Below, in pieces: positions 1 to 10,423 of a DNA stretch of 64,000 bases (within the stretch, counting starts at the first letter, position 1; each line of letters begins with the position of its first letter). The notes under the pieces are model-generated. The model made no database searches, was not told the origin of the DNA, and saw only the letters and a program-made list of their open reading frames with translations. Made by a program: the position numbers and the translations under genes. The stretch covers positions 3,880-67,879 of the forward strand of contig DAOTYX010000184.1 in NCBI GenBank assembly GCA_034434635.1, written 5' to 3'. This stretch comes from Anaerolineae bacterium (lineage in GTDB: Bacteria; Chloroflexota; Anaerolineae; B4-G1; DUEL01).

Positions 1-149
1 TGAAAACGATTAACCCGGTCTCGAAAGTTGTGCCCTGGCAGGGAAAGGAGGTGGTCCATCGCCCACGCACAGCAGAGTGATCCGTCACGGATCGCCAACT
101 GTCCAGTAGCAGCGTCGTCCGTACCCACAGGTTCAAGGAGGAACGCGAT

Positions 150-788
150 ATGTCGTCTAGGGCACCTGTAAACTATGGCCTCAAGTGGAACCCCAATCCA
201 CCGGTGACGGTGCCGCAGTTGGTGGCTTATGCCCTGGCTACCGGAATCTACACCATCCTCGCCTGGCTGGGGGTCATCGGCTTGCCCGTGGGGATTGCTG
301 GAGTCTCGGCCCTCTTCGTCGCCGTCGGCTTCGGGGTCCCCTTTGCGATGTGGTTTGGTCTCTGGGGCTTGGTGATGGGCTTCATCGGCACCACCGTCGG
401 CGCAGGGATCCTGACTGGCCTGCCCATCCCCATTGCCCTGGCCTTCGGTGTGGGGGACGTTATCCTTTATGGCAGCCTGTTGCTGCTGTATCGTGGATTG
501 GCCCCGCGCTTCGGTGTGGACCCCATCGGCCGGGATGTCTTCACCCCCAAAGGTTTTCTTTTCTTCTTCATCATGGCGGCCAATCTGCCCCACATCCTCG
601 GCGGCATCTACGGCACCTGGCTACTGTATACGGTCGGCTTTGTCCCGCCAGATGCGATCCTGCTGACCTTCTTGGGTTTCTGGTTGGGCAACGTGATTGT
701 TGTGACCGTGATTGCCCCGATCCTGCTGCGGCTCTTGGGGCCGGTGGTCGAGCGGTTCGGGCTGACCAACTACGGTTGGCTCACCTAG
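150..788 (+). CDS. Small polytopic membrane protein, paralog 1 of a tandem pair (about 5-6 TM; ECF-transporter S-component-like)
   Basis: 212-aa ORF, hydrophobic throughout with Gly-rich TM helices. About 55-60% identical to the ORF immediately downstream (shared YGLKWNPNPP, GVSALFVA.GFG.PFA.WFG.WGLV.G.IG motifs). Family assignment is only by size and topology. Confidence 0.55.
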   Translation: MSSRAPVNYGLKWNPNPPVTVPQLVAYALATGIYTILAWLGVIGLPVGIAGVSALFVAVGFGVPFAMWFGLWGLVMGFIGTTVGAGILTGLPIPIALAFGVGDVILYGSLLLLYRGLAPRFGVDPIGRDVFTPKGFLFFFIMAANLPHILGGIYGTWLLYTVGFVPPDAILLTFLGFWLGNVIVVTVIAPILLRLLGPVVERFGLTNYGWLT

Positions 789-808
789 CACTTCAGGAGG
801 GAGGAACG

Positions 809-1456
809 ATGTCCGAACGTATGTCAAAGATGACGACCTCTTACGGTCTGCGCTGGAACCCCAACCCGCCGATCACGGTGGTCAGCCTGGTGACCTACGC
901 TGTGGCCGCGGGGGTATACACGATCCTCTCCTGGTTGGGGGTGATCGCTCTGCCGGTGGGCATCGTCAGCGTTTCGGCGTTGTTCGTGGCCATCGGCTTT
1001 GGCATCCCCTTCGCCATCTGGTTTGGCGGCTGGGGACTGGTGATCGGCTACATCGGCTCCTTCATCGGCGCGGGCATCCTGGCTGGCACGCCGGTACTCT
1101 TGACCATTCCCTTCGCCTTCGTGGACTGGATCCAGTTCGGCATCCCGCTGCTGGCCTACCGTCTGCTGGCGCGACGCTTCGGCCTGCATCCGCTCGGCAA
1201 GGACGTCTACAGCCTGAAGGGTTTTCTGTTCTTCCTGGTATTCGCCGTCATCATCCCCAATGGCCTCGGCGCCCTGTACGGGATCACCATCCTCTACCTG
1301 GGCAACCTGGTGCCGCCGGATGCCTTCTGGCCCGCGGTCTCCGCCTGGTGGATCGGCAACATGATCGTCACCGTCATCATCGCCCCTATCCTCCTGCGTG
1401 TGTTGACGCCGGTGATCGAGCGGTACGGCCTGGCCACCCACGGTGTCATCTCCTAA
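809..1456 (+). CDS. Small polytopic membrane protein, paralog 2 (tandem duplicate of 150..788)
   Basis: ATG at 809 preceded by AGGAGGGAGG. Protein MSERMSKMTTSYGLRWNPNPP... aligns along its whole length to paralog 1. The ORF-track 185..1456 entry is a frame artefact over paralog 1. Confidence 0.6.
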   Translation: MSERMSKMTTSYGLRWNPNPPITVVSLVTYAVAAGVYTILSWLGVIALPVGIVSVSALFVAIGFGIPFAIWFGGWGLVIGYIGSFIGAGILAGTPVLLTIPFAFVDWIQFGIPLLAYRLLARRFGLHPLGKDVYSLKGFLFFLVFAVIIPNGLGALYGITILYLGNLVPPDAFWPAVSAWWIGNMIVTVIIAPILLRVLTPVIERYGLATHGVIS

Positions 1457-1462
1457 GCCAGC

Positions 1463-1509
1463 AACAGATCAGACCTCCGAGGTCCCCAGAGGCCTCGGAG
1501 GTCTGATTG
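1463..1509 (+). terminator. Perfect 15-bp-arm inverted repeat (ATCAGACCTCCGAGG...CCTCGGAGGTCTGAT) immediately after paralog 2; no U-tract
   Basis: Read directly: cagatcagacctccgaggtccccagaggcctcggaggtctgattg. Confidence 0.35.
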
Positions 1510-1562
1510 AGGCAACCGTTTGCCCTGTATCCTTCCGCAGGGCAGTTCTGACTGAGAGGTGA

Positions 1563-2561
1563 GTGATGTTGCGAGCGGATCGCGTCAAAGAGGCTCACAC
1601 GAAGATCGTACCACCCTTCTCCCTCGATGAGAGTATGACGTTTTTCTGCCCGCAGGAGAACCTGGAAGCGCTGGAGCATCCCCGCGTGCGCGCATTTCAG
1701 GAGTATCTGCTTAACGAATATCAGCCTCCGCTGCACGGAAAACGGGCGGTGATGCTGCTCCTGCCGTGCACCAAGACCAAGCCCTATATCCTGAGCGCGG
1801 AGCATCAGGCGATCAACGGCTTTCTGCTGGCGCAGGGGTTCGGTCCCCTGGAGGAGGCGCAGGTACCCGCGGGACTGGCCGAGGCGCTGCCGGCGTGGGC
1901 CGATCCCCGGCTGCTCAACAACGGCATCTGGGCGCGGGGCGATCTGTTGTTGCATCGCTTCGTTGTCTCCGAGCCGATGGCTCTGGTGCCCTATGAGCTG
2001 ATCTACACCTTCCAGGGCGGGGTCTCGCCGGCCAGCCAATATGACGACCCGGGCCTGTTCGAGCATCGCGGCACGGCGGTCTGTCCCTGGCGGGCTGACT
2101 ACACGGGCATCCCGGCCGCCGACGGTTACCGTTGGGGAGATCGGGAGAAGGCGGCCTACGTGGAGGTGCACAACCGGTTGGTGCGCATCATCGTGGCCTT
2201 GTTGGATCGCTTCGGTGACGCCTACGTGGCGCGGCTGGCCTATGTCAGCCCCGGCCTCACCCATCGCAGTTTCCTGACCAGCGTCGAGGAGAAGCGGCGG
2301 GCAGGACTCCCGCTGGGCCGACGCACGACAGCGGGCTTGCTGCGCCTGGAGGGGGTCAATGACCTGCGGCCGGGCCGGGTGCGCGTTATCCCCGACGAGG
2401 TGGAGATTGAGAAGATCCTCACCCGTCTGGGCAGGCGCATGCCCGGCGCCAGTTCGCGCCAGGTGCGTGGCTTCTTCGCCACTGGCGGCGGCGGGGCAAC
2501 CCCCTTGATCCTTCCGGAGACGCTGGAGGTCCTGCGCGAGCACCTGCTGGACTGGTGTTGA
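1563..2561 (+). CDS. DUF5591-like protein (ArcS C-terminal-domain-like; contains PC-x3-K-x-Y-x2-S motif)
   Basis: 332-aa ORF with LLLPCTKTKPYILS, resembling the conserved PCx3KYx2S motif of the archaeosine-synthase C-terminal/DUF5591 domain. Assigned from the motif only. Confidence 0.35.
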   Translation: MMLRADRVKEAHTKIVPPFSLDESMTFFCPQENLEALEHPRVRAFQEYLLNEYQPPLHGKRAVMLLLPCTKTKPYILSAEHQAINGFLLAQGFGPLEEAQVPAGLAEALPAWADPRLLNNGIWARGDLLLHRFVVSEPMALVPYELIYTFQGGVSPASQYDDPGLFEHRGTAVCPWRADYTGIPAADGYRWGDREKAAYVEVHNRLVRIIVALLDRFGDAYVARLAYVSPGLTHRSFLTSVEEKRRAGLPLGRRTTAGLLRLEGVNDLRPGRVRVIPDEVEIEKILTRLGRRMPGASSRQVRGFFATGGGGATPLILPETLEVLREHLLDWC

Positions 2562-2565
2562 ATCT

Positions 2566-2616
2566 CTTTTTTTGGAACCCTTTGGTATACAATATAATAT
2601 ATGAAAGAGAGGAACG
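2566..2616 (+). promoter_or_regulatory. AT-rich promoter island upstream of the first operon (TTGGAA ... TATAAT / TATAATATA, then GAGAGGAAC RBS)
   Basis: Only AT-rich stretch in about 20 kb. -35-like TTGGAA at 2572-2577, TATAAT at 2593-2598. Shares GTATA-CAAT-TATAATATA segments with the island at 21440-21500. Confidence 0.5.
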
Positions 2617-3849
2617 ATGGACGAAGCAACCCGGCAGGCCTATATCCAGATGGATCGCCGGTACATCTGCCGCACCACCCCCTTCCCCAAAGACATGGTC
2701 ATCGCTGAGTCGCACGGCTGCACCATCACCACCGTAGACGGACAGGAATACCTCGATCTGCTGGCCGGCATCGCCGTCTGCAATGTCGGTCACCGCAACC
2801 CTGAAGTGGTGGAGGCGGTCAAAGCGCAACTGGACCGCTCCATGCACGTGATGGTCTTCAGCAAGTTCATCATCCCGATCCAGGTCGACGCCGCGCGGCT
2901 GCTGGCCGAGGTCACCCCGCCAGGTCTGGAGACCACCTTCTTCACCAACAGCGGCTGTGAGGGGATCGAGGGGGCACTGAAGACGGCGCGCAAGTACACC
3001 GGACGCAGCCGCATCATCTCCTGCCAGCGCGCCTTCCACGGCCGGACCTTCGGCGCCCTCTCGGTGACCTGGCGCGAGACCTACCGCAAGCCCTTCGAGC
3101 CGCTCGTGCCCGACGTGCATTTCATCCCCTTCAACGACCTGGAGGCGGCCCGTGCGGCGATTGACGACCGCACCGCCGCGATCATCCTGGAGCCGGTACA
3201 GGGGGAGGGCGGGGTGCGCATCCCCGATGACGACTACCTGCCGGGCCTGCGGCAGATCTGTGACCAGACCGGGGCGCTGATGATCCTGGATGAAGTGCAG
3301 ACCGGCTTTGGGCGCACCGGGCGTTGGTTCGGCTGCGACCACTGGGGGGTGAGCCCCGACATCATGGTGCTGGCCAAGGCGCTCGGCGGCGGCATGCCCC
3401 TCGGCGCCTTCATCGGCCGGCCGGAGGTGATGGACACGCTGTGCGACCCCATGCTCTCCCACCTCACCACCTTCGGCGGTCACCCGGTCTGCTGTGCGGC
3501 GGCAGTGGCGGCGATCCGCTTCATGCAGCAGGAGGACCTCCCTGCACGCGCCGCGGAACGGGGGGGGCAGTTCATGGCCGGCCTGCGCCTGATGCAAGAA
3601 CGATACCCCGCGGTGATCAAAGAGGTGCGCGGCCTGGGGCTGATGATCGGCATCGAACTGCACAGTCGAGAGGTGATGGCCCGCTTCGTGGACGAGGTGC
3701 ACCGCCAGCATCTGATCATCGGCGACTCGATCAACGACGACCTCACCGCCCGTCTGGAGCCGCCGCTGACCATCACCCCGCAGGAGGTGGACGAGGCGCT
3801 CTCTCGCCTCGAGGCTGCCTGCCGGGCTACTGCACAGATGAAACCATGA
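2617..3849 (+). CDS. Class-III PLP aminotransferase (acetylornithine/omega-amino-acid aminotransferase family), paralog A
   Basis: 410 aa; Gly-rich PLP region, [11 protein letters not shown] motif, LAKALGGG (Schiff-base Lys region). Paralog of 28327..29547. Confidence 0.9.
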   Translation: MDEATRQAYIQMDRRYICRTTPFPKDMVIAESHGCTITTVDGQEYLDLLAGIAVCNVGHRNPEVVEAVKAQLDRSMHVMVFSKFIIPIQVDAARLLAEVTPPGLETTFFTNSGCEGIEGALKTARKYTGRSRIISCQRAFHGRTFGALSVTWRETYRKPFEPLVPDVHFIPFNDLEAARAAIDDRTAAIILEPVQGEGGVRIPDDDYLPGLRQICDQTGALMILDEVQTGFGRTGRWFGCDHWGVSPDIMVLAKALGGGMPLGAFIGRPEVMDTLCDPMLSHLTTFGGHPVCCAAAVAAIRFMQQEDLPARAAERGGQFMAGLRLMQERYPAVIKEVRGLGLMIGIELHSREVMARFVDEVHRQHLIIGDSINDDLTARLEPPLTITPQEVDEALSRLEAACRATAQMKP

Positions 3850-4322
3850 CTCCCCCGATGACCTTCCAGGTCCTCGCCAGCAGAGATGGGGAGGACAGAA
3901 CTTGGAGGCGGCAGATGTATCTCGTCCGGGAACACGAGGTGACCGGCGATCGCATGGACCCGCCCTACGCACGGGTGGTCAAGCACCTGGTGGCGGCGTG
4001 GAACGCCGGTGCAACCCATCTCTGGTTGGGTGTCTCGGTCATTGACCCGCTCAGCAGTTCGAACCTTCATGTCCACGAGGGTCAGGAGGAGGTCTTCTAC
4101 TGCCTGAGCGGCCGGGGGCGCATCCGCGTGGGTGACGAAGAGGCTTCCTTCGAGCCCGGCTGTTGCGTCTTCGTGCCTCCCGGGGTGGCACACCAGCTGA
4201 TCAATACCCAGAGTGACGAGGTGCTGCGCGTCCTCTCGGCGACTGCCCCCCCCTTCAGCCGTGAAGGCTGGTCCAACGTTCATGCCGCCGGTGGCGCGGA
4301 TGAAACGGTCCGAAAGGAGTAG
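3846..4322 (+). CDS. Cupin-domain protein
   Basis: ATG overlaps the upstream stop (ATGA). 159 aa with two-His cupin motifs (HVHEGQEEVFYCLSGRG...PPGVAHQ). Confidence 0.7.
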   Translation: MTPPMTFQVLASRDGEDRTWRRQMYLVREHEVTGDRMDPPYARVVKHLVAAWNAGATHLWLGVSVIDPLSSSNLHVHEGQEEVFYCLSGRGRIRVGDEEASFEPGCCVFVPPGVAHQLINTQSDEVLRVLSATAPPFSREGWSNVHAAGGADETVRKE

Positions 4323-4326
4323 AGAC

Positions 4327-6267
4327 ATGCGCGATGGTCGAGCAGTGGCGTTCACGCCGATCCTGATCGGCGGCATGACGGTGAAGAACCGTCTGGTGGC
4401 GGCGCCGATGGTGATGAACCACGCGACGGAGGATGGGCACGTCACTCCCCGGATGCTGGACTACTACGCCGCCAAGGCGGCCGGTGGCTACGGCCTGGTG
4501 CAGGTCGAAGCCTCCTACATCCGCCCCGATGGCCGGATGTTCGGGCGCATGCTGGGCATCTATGATGACCGGCAGATCCCGGGCCTGAGTGAACTGGTGG
4601 AGGCGATCCACCAGCAGGGGGCCAGATGCACGATTCAACTGGTGCACGGGGGACGGGTGGCCGCCCGCCGCTTCACTGGCGTGCAACCTGTCGCCCCTTC
4701 CGATGAGACGCCGCCGCTGAGCGAGAAGCCCCGTGGCCTGCGGGTGGACGAGATCGCCGCGCTGGTGCAGTGCTGGGTGGAGGCCGCCTTGCGTGCCCAG
4801 GCGGCTGGCTTCGATGGGGTGATGATCCACGGTGCCCACGGCTTCCTGCTCTCCCAGTTTGTCTCCCCGTACTGCAATCGCCGCACCGACGAGTATGGCC
4901 GCGATCGCTACCTGATCGTCAAGCAGGTGGTGCAGGCTGTGCGGCAGGCGGTGGGTCCCGACTACCCCATCCTCTACCGTGTCAGCGCTGACGAGTTTCT
5001 GGGGGATGCCGGCCTGACCATTGACGAGACGGCCAATGTGTACGCGCCGCTCCTGGAAAGCCTGGGCGTGGACTGCATTGACGTCTCCGCTGGGATCCAG
5101 GAGCGGGTCTTCTACAACATCCAGCCGCTCTACTCCCCCCGCGCGGCCATCCTCCACCTGGCCCAGCAGGTGCGTCAGAAGGTCACCATCCCGGTCATCG
5201 GTGTGGGACGGATCAACGACCCGCGGCTGATCGAGCATATCTTCGCGACCGACAAGGTGGATATGGTGTCCCTGGGGCGCCAGAGCCTGGCTGACCCCGA
5301 CCTGCCCAACAAGATGCGCGCCGGACGGTATGACGACGTGCGCCGATGCATTGCCTGTGACATTGGCTGCTCCTACCGCCACATCGTGCAGTGGGTGGCT
5401 GACTGCGCGATCAACTACGAGGTGACCCGCGAGCCGCAGTTCCGCCAGATGATGGAGCGAGCGACGAGCCCCAAGAAGGTCGTTGTCGTTGGCGGTGGGC
5501 CGGCCGGGTTGGAGGCGGCCCGCCTGGCAGCGCTCAAGGGGCACACCGTCACGCTCTACGAGAAGAACGAGACGCCCGGTGGGCTGCTCAACCTGGTCTC
5601 ACGCATGCCGCGGGTGTACATGGCCGAATTGCACAACATCGTCGAGTGGGAGATGCACGCGCTCGGCGCGCTGCCGGTGGAGGTGCGTTTGGGCGTGGAG
5701 GCGACGCCGGACATGCTGCGCGAAGTTCCGCCCGATGTGATTATCCTGGCCATGGGCGCGCGCATGCGCCGCCTCGACCTGCCCGGTGCGGACGATCCGC
5801 GAGTGATCAGCCTGCTGGATTATCTGCGGGATGGGGAGCACGTGGGAGAAAGAGTGGTGGTGATCGGCGGCCATGAGGGAGCAGAGGCGGCGCTCTCTTT
5901 GGCCCGCACTGGCCACAAGGTGGTCCTGCTCGAGGCGGATGACCACATCGCCGATGCGCCTTACCTCAAGTACGTTGGCCGTCAGATGTTGCTCAGGAAC
6001 ATGCTCTCCGAGGAAGGCATTGCGGTGAGCACCGGCGCGAAAGTGGTGGCAATTCGGGATGAAGGGGTGGTAGTGCGGACGGATGGCCGTGAAGGGTTGG
6101 TTCCTGCCGATACGGTGGTCGTGGCCCTGGGCCGCGAGGTGGACTCGCTGTCGCTGGCTGCCTGGCAGGGGGCGGCTCCCAAGGTCATCCTTGTCGGCGA
6201 CTGTGCTGAACCGGGAACGGTGCGCAACGCCATCCACACCGCCGCCCGTGCGGCGCTGAGCCTGTAG
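4327..6267 (+). CDS. Old-Yellow-Enzyme-like FMN oxidoreductase fused to an FAD/NAD(P)-binding domain (2,4-dienoyl-CoA-reductase / NADH:flavin oxidoreductase family, with Cys cluster)
   Basis: N-terminal OYE TIM-barrel motifs (VQVEASYIRPDG, HGAHGFLLSQF), CIACDIGC Cys motif, C-terminal VVVVGGGPAGLEAA Rossmann domain. ATG 4327 chosen over the track start at 4213. Confidence 0.85.
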   Translation: MRDGRAVAFTPILIGGMTVKNRLVAAPMVMNHATEDGHVTPRMLDYYAAKAAGGYGLVQVEASYIRPDGRMFGRMLGIYDDRQIPGLSELVEAIHQQGARCTIQLVHGGRVAARRFTGVQPVAPSDETPPLSEKPRGLRVDEIAALVQCWVEAALRAQAAGFDGVMIHGAHGFLLSQFVSPYCNRRTDEYGRDRYLIVKQVVQAVRQAVGPDYPILYRVSADEFLGDAGLTIDETANVYAPLLESLGVDCIDVSAGIQERVFYNIQPLYSPRAAILHLAQQVRQKVTIPVIGVGRINDPRLIEHIFATDKVDMVSLGRQSLADPDLPNKMRAGRYDDVRRCIACDIGCSYRHIVQWVADCAINYEVTREPQFRQMMERATSPKKVVVVGGGPAGLEAARLAALKGHTVTLYEKNETPGGLLNLVSRMPRVYMAELHNIVEWEMHALGALPVEVRLGVEATPDMLREVPPDVIILAMGARMRRLDLPGADDPRVISLLDYLRDGEHVGERVVVIGGHEGAEAALSLARTGHKVVLLEADDHIADAPYLKYVGRQMLLRNMLSEEGIAVSTGAKVVAIRDEGVVVRTDGREGLVPADTVVVALGREVDSLSLAAWQGAAPKVILVGDCAEPGTVRNAIHTAARAALSL

Positions 6268-6283
6268 AATTCAGGAGAGGGAG

Positions 6284-7636
6284 ATGTCCGAGAACAGCGA
6301 GCAACTGCAACGGAAAGCGCGTGAACATGTTATCTTCCCGGCGGTGACGCCGGCTCAGGTGGCCGAACTGGGCCCTATCGTCTTCACCCGCGGGGAGGGC
6401 ATCTACCTGTGGGACGCCGCCGGCAAGCGGTACATGGATTCGATGTCCAGTGGTGTCTACGCGGTGCACATCGGCTACGGGCGGGAGGAAATGGCCCGCG
6501 TGATGTACGATCAGGCGCGGACCATGCATTACTTCTGTCCTTACGGTTACATCTCTCCACCGCCGATCGGCTTCGCCGAGAAACTGGCCCAGTTGCTGCC
6601 CGGCGAGATGCCCTACGTCTTCTTCACCCAGGATGGCAGCGAGGCGGTGGAGTCGGCCTTCAAACTGGCCAGACAGTGGGCTTATCACAAGGGTTATCCG
6701 CGCAAGTACAAGATCATCTCCCGACAGCGCGCCTATCACGGTTCGACCATGGGGGCGCTGGCCGCCACGGGCACGATGGCCCCGTTGCGCCAGATCATGG
6801 AACCCCTGCCGCCTGGCTACTGTTTCGCCCCTCCACCGTATTGCTACCGTTGCCCCTTCGGCCTGAAATACCCCGCCTGCGACGTGCGCTGCGTCGAGGC
6901 GATTCGCCAGATGATCGAGTTCGAGGGCCCCGATTCGGTGGTGGCAGTCATCGGCGAGGTGGTGATGGCCGCTGGCGGCTGTATCGTCCCGCCACCAGAG
7001 TACTGGCCGCGCCTGCGCGACATCTGCTCCCGCTACGGTGTGTTGCTGATTGACGATGAGGTGGTCTGCGGTTTCGGGCGCACTGGCAGGATGTTCGCCA
7101 TCGAGCACTTCGGGGTAGAACCGGACATCGTGGTTATGGCCAAGGGGATCACCTCCGGCTACGCCCCGCTAGGGGCCACCGCCTGTCGGCGCTTCATCGT
7201 CGAGGAGATGCCGGTCTTCATGCACGTTCACACCTACAACAACCACCCTGTCACCACCGCTGTGGGGCTGCGCAATGTGGAGATCATCGAGCGGGAAGGG
7301 CTGGCGCAGAACGCTGCTGAGGTGGGTGACTACCTGCTGGATGGGCTGCGCTCCCTCTCCGGCCACCCCAGCGTGGGGGACGTGCGCGGGTTGGGACTGC
7401 TGACCGCCATCGAGTTCGTGCAGGACAAGGACAGCCGCGCCCGTTTCGACGAGAAGGCGGGCTTCTGCAACCGAATCATGGCTCTGGCGCTGGAGCAGGG
7501 GTTGATCCTGCGCCAGGTGGAGGACATCATCGAGTTCTGCCCGCCGCTGGTGGTCACCCGTAGCGAGGTGGACGAGATGATCCGCATCACCGACGCAGCC
7601 ATCACCCAGGCGGAGCAGGAGTTTGGCCTGCGGTGA
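6284..7636 (+). CDS. Class-III PLP aminotransferase (omega-transaminase / beta-alanine-pyruvate type), paralog B
   Basis: 450 aa; [13 protein letters not shown] motif, MAKGITSG Lys region. Confidence 0.9.
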   Translation: MSENSEQLQRKAREHVIFPAVTPAQVAELGPIVFTRGEGIYLWDAAGKRYMDSMSSGVYAVHIGYGREEMARVMYDQARTMHYFCPYGYISPPPIGFAEKLAQLLPGEMPYVFFTQDGSEAVESAFKLARQWAYHKGYPRKYKIISRQRAYHGSTMGALAATGTMAPLRQIMEPLPPGYCFAPPPYCYRCPFGLKYPACDVRCVEAIRQMIEFEGPDSVVAVIGEVVMAAGGCIVPPPEYWPRLRDICSRYGVLLIDDEVVCGFGRTGRMFAIEHFGVEPDIVVMAKGITSGYAPLGATACRRFIVEEMPVFMHVHTYNNHPVTTAVGLRNVEIIEREGLAQNAAEVGDYLLDGLRSLSGHPSVGDVRGLGLLTAIEFVQDKDSRARFDEKAGFCNRIMALALEQGLILRQVEDIIEFCPPLVVTRSEVDEMIRITDAAITQAEQEFGLR

Positions 7637-9347
7637 GCGGAGCGAGACCGTGACCGCTGACTGGCCCAGCCGACAGGTGGTCTCCGGCCCGGAGCGGGCT
7701 GCTCAGCGCGGGTTGCTTCACGCGCTGGGGCTCTCCTCGGGCGATCTGGCGCGGCCGTTCATCGGCATCGTCAACACCTGGAGCGGTGCGCACCCCGGTC
7801 ACGTCCACCTGCGTGCGCTGGCGCGAGACGTGGCCGAGGGCGTGGCCGCTGCTGGCGGCACGCCCCTGGAGGTGAACACAATCAGCCTGTGCGACGGTCT
7901 GGCGATGGGGCATGCCGGCATGCGCTTTTCGCTGCCCAGCCGCGAACTGATCGCCGACTCCATCGAGACGGTGGCCGTGGCCCACGGTTTCGACGCTCTG
8001 GTTATCCTCACCTCCTGTGACAAGAGCCTGCCTGCCGCGCTGCTGGCCGCCGCCCGGCTGAACCGGCCCACGGTCGTTCTCCCCGGGGGGCCGATGCTCC
8101 CCGGCCTGCTGGATGGCCAGGAACTGGCGGTCTATCAGGCGCGGGAAGCGACGGCGCGCTTCCTCCGCGGAGAGCTGAGCGCGGACGGGCTGGCGGAGGT
8201 GGAGCGCTGTCTGTGCCCGGGCCCCGGTTCTTGTTCGATGATGGGCACGGCCAACAGCATGGCCTGTATCACTGAGGCGCTGGGGCTGGCCCTTCCTGGT
8301 AGCGCGACCAGCCATGCCGTCACAGCCACCAAGCGGGTCGAGGCCCGTCGTGCGGGGGAGCGGGCGGTGGCTCTGTTGCGCGAGGATCTGCGCCCACGTG
8401 ATATCCTCACCTCGCGCGCGCTGCGCAACGCCGTCATCGTCAACGCGGCCATCGGCGGCTCGACCAACGTCGTCCTGCACCTCCTGGCTCTGGCGAGCGA
8501 ACTGGGCCTGCCATTGAGCCTGACTGACTTCGACGCGCTCAGCCGACAGACTCCCTTCATCGCCGATGTCAGGCCCAGCGGCCGCCACTCGCTGCTGGCG
8601 TTCGACCAGGCTGGCGGCGTACCGGCGGTGCTGGCCGAACTGGGTGAGCGGCTGGAGTTGGATGGGCCGGTGGTGAGCGGCGGGACATGGCGGGACCATC
8701 TGCGCGAGGGAGTTCGCTGCGATCATGCCGTGATCCGCCCGCTGACGGAGCCACTGGCCGCAGAGGGAGGGCTGGCGGTACTCACCGGCAGCCTGGCGCC
8801 CGATGGGGCGGTGGTCAAACAGAGCGCTGTGGCGGAGGACATGCGCCGCCATCGCGGGCCGGCGCGGGTCTTCGATAGCGAGGCGGCGGCGGTGGCGGCG
8901 TTGCGCGCGGGCCGTGTGACCCCTGGTGATGTGGTGGTCATCCGCTACGAAGGGCCACGCGGCGGGCCGGGGATGCCGGAGATGCACGTCCCGGCCACGC
9001 TGTTATCTGGACAGGCACTGGGGCGCGCCGTCTCGTTGGTCACCGATGGACGCTTCTCTGGTGCATCGCGCGGCGCCTGCGTGGGCCATGTCTCGCCCGA
9101 AGCGGCTGCTGGCGGCCCTCTGGCGCTGGTGGAGGATGGGGACGAGATCGAGGTGGACATCCCGGCGCGGCGGATCGAACTGCACGTGGGGGTGGAGGAA
9201 CTGGCCCGACGCCGCGCCCGCTGGCAGCCGCCCGCCCGACGCCTCGATGGCTATCTGGCCCGCTACGCCGCACTGGTAGGTCCCAGCCACACGGGGTGTG
9301 TGCTCTCCGCCCCCCAATACTTGCCTGCGGCGGGAAGGGATGAGTGA
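7623..9347 (+). CDS. IlvD/EDD-family dehydratase (dihydroxy-acid / sugar-acid dehydratase)
   Basis: Motifs [18 protein letters not shown], and the Cys ligands of the FeS cluster in [16 protein letters not shown]. Start is TTG 7623 or GTG 7650; the 3' end overlaps the next gene. Confidence 0.85.
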   Translation: MACGERSETVTADWPSRQVVSGPERAAQRGLLHALGLSSGDLARPFIGIVNTWSGAHPGHVHLRALARDVAEGVAAAGGTPLEVNTISLCDGLAMGHAGMRFSLPSRELIADSIETVAVAHGFDALVILTSCDKSLPAALLAAARLNRPTVVLPGGPMLPGLLDGQELAVYQAREATARFLRGELSADGLAEVERCLCPGPGSCSMMGTANSMACITEALGLALPGSATSHAVTATKRVEARRAGERAVALLREDLRPRDILTSRALRNAVIVNAAIGGSTNVVLHLLALASELGLPLSLTDFDALSRQTPFIADVRPSGRHSLLAFDQAGGVPAVLAELGERLELDGPVVSGGTWRDHLREGVRCDHAVIRPLTEPLAAEGGLAVLTGSLAPDGAVVKQSAVAEDMRRHRGPARVFDSEAAAVAALRAGRVTPGDVVVIRYEGPRGGPGMPEMHVPATLLSGQALGRAVSLVTDGRFSGASRGACVGHVSPEAAAGGPLALVEDGDEIEVDIPARRIELHVGVEELARRRARWQPPARRLDGYLARYAALVGPSHTGCVLSAPQYLPAAGRDE

Positions 9348-10392
9348 GATGTGCCCGTCCGATAATGCCTATACCCTCCTGGATATGCTGACCGGCTATC
9401 AGGCTCCGGCGATCCTGATGGCGGCGCACCGTCTGGGCCTCTTCCGTGCCCTGGGTACAGGCCCGGCCACTCTCCAGGACCTGGCAGTGACCCTGTCGCT
9501 GCCCGAACGCTCCCTGGGCATTCTGCTGCGTGCTCTGGTGGCGCTGGGGTTGGTCCTTCAGGAAGACGGGCGGTATGCCAACGGCCCGCTGGTCGGGCAG
9601 ATGTTGGTCCCGGGTCGGCCTGGCTACCTGGGCCGCCTGGTAGACAAAGAGGCCTTCTTCTACAGTGCCTGGAGCCATCTGGCCGACTGCGTGCGCGAGG
9701 ACCACGCGGCGATTCCCCCTATCCGCGAGCGGGCCCGCCAGGACCCGCAGACGACGCACAACTTCCTGCTGGCTCTGGATGACATCGCCGCCTTGTTCGG
9801 CGAGATGTTCGTCCCCAGCGTGGAACTGGGCGATCGTCGGCGGCTGCTGGACGTGGGCGGCGGTGTGGGGAGTTACGCCGTCCGCCTGGCCCGCCGCTGG
9901 CCTGACCTGCGGGTGACCATCCTGGAGCTGCCAGAGGTGGTCCCGTGGGCGCAGCAGTTCGTCGCCGAGGCCGGCCTGGCCGACCGCATCGCCGTCGTGC
10001 CGGGGGATTTCCTGGTCGGTGGGTTCCCGTCGGGGCACGACGTTATCCTCTTCGCCAACATCTTCCACGACCAGCCGCCAGCGGTCAACCAGGGATTGCT
10101 GGTCGAAGCCTACCGCGCTCTGCCGCCAGGTGGACAGGTGCTGGTCTATGAGTTCCTGTTGGAGGAGAACCGCGTCGCTCCGGCAGCGAGCGCCCTCTTC
10201 GCGGTGATGATGCTGGTGGAGAACGAGGGCGGTAACGTCTATACCGCTCACGATATCGAGACCTGGCTGGCTGGGGCAGGGTTCGATGGCATCGCTACCA
10301 CTCCTCTGCCTGCTCCCAGCCCCATGGGCCTGATCGTTGGCCACAAGCCGCTGGCGCGGGCTGGAGGAGCCGTTCAGGCGTCTCAGCGGTAA
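9340..10392 (+). CDS. Class-I SAM-dependent O-methyltransferase (dimerisation domain + Methyltransf_2; ASMT/COMT-like)
   Basis: [16 protein letters not shown] motif and an N-terminal winged-helix dimerisation segment. ATG 9340 overlaps the upstream stop. Confidence 0.75.
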   Translation: MSEMCPSDNAYTLLDMLTGYQAPAILMAAHRLGLFRALGTGPATLQDLAVTLSLPERSLGILLRALVALGLVLQEDGRYANGPLVGQMLVPGRPGYLGRLVDKEAFFYSAWSHLADCVREDHAAIPPIRERARQDPQTTHNFLLALDDIAALFGEMFVPSVELGDRRRLLDVGGGVGSYAVRLARRWPDLRVTILELPEVVPWAQQFVAEAGLADRIAVVPGDFLVGGFPSGHDVILFANIFHDQPPAVNQGLLVEAYRALPPGGQVLVYEFLLEENRVAPAASALFAVMMLVENEGGNVYTAHDIETWLAGAGFDGIATTPLPAPSPMGLIVGHKPLARAGGAVQASQR

Positions 10393-10423
10393 GCGCTTAT
10401 CAGATGACGGGAGGTTCTATTCT

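Noticed and set aside
185-1456. 423-aa fused ORF spanning both membrane-protein paralogs
   Set aside because: Its first 200 codons are an alternative frame over paralog 1 (150..788, which has the conserved sequence). Only the part from ATG 809 is real.
3324-4322. N-terminal extensions of track ORFs (3324, 4213, 18314, 20132, 24544, 31812, 33226, 40815, 42023, 45991, 50377)
   Set aside because: Extensions overlap the preceding gene in another frame and lack homology. Internal ATG/GTG preceded by GGAGG-like sites give family-typical N-termini.
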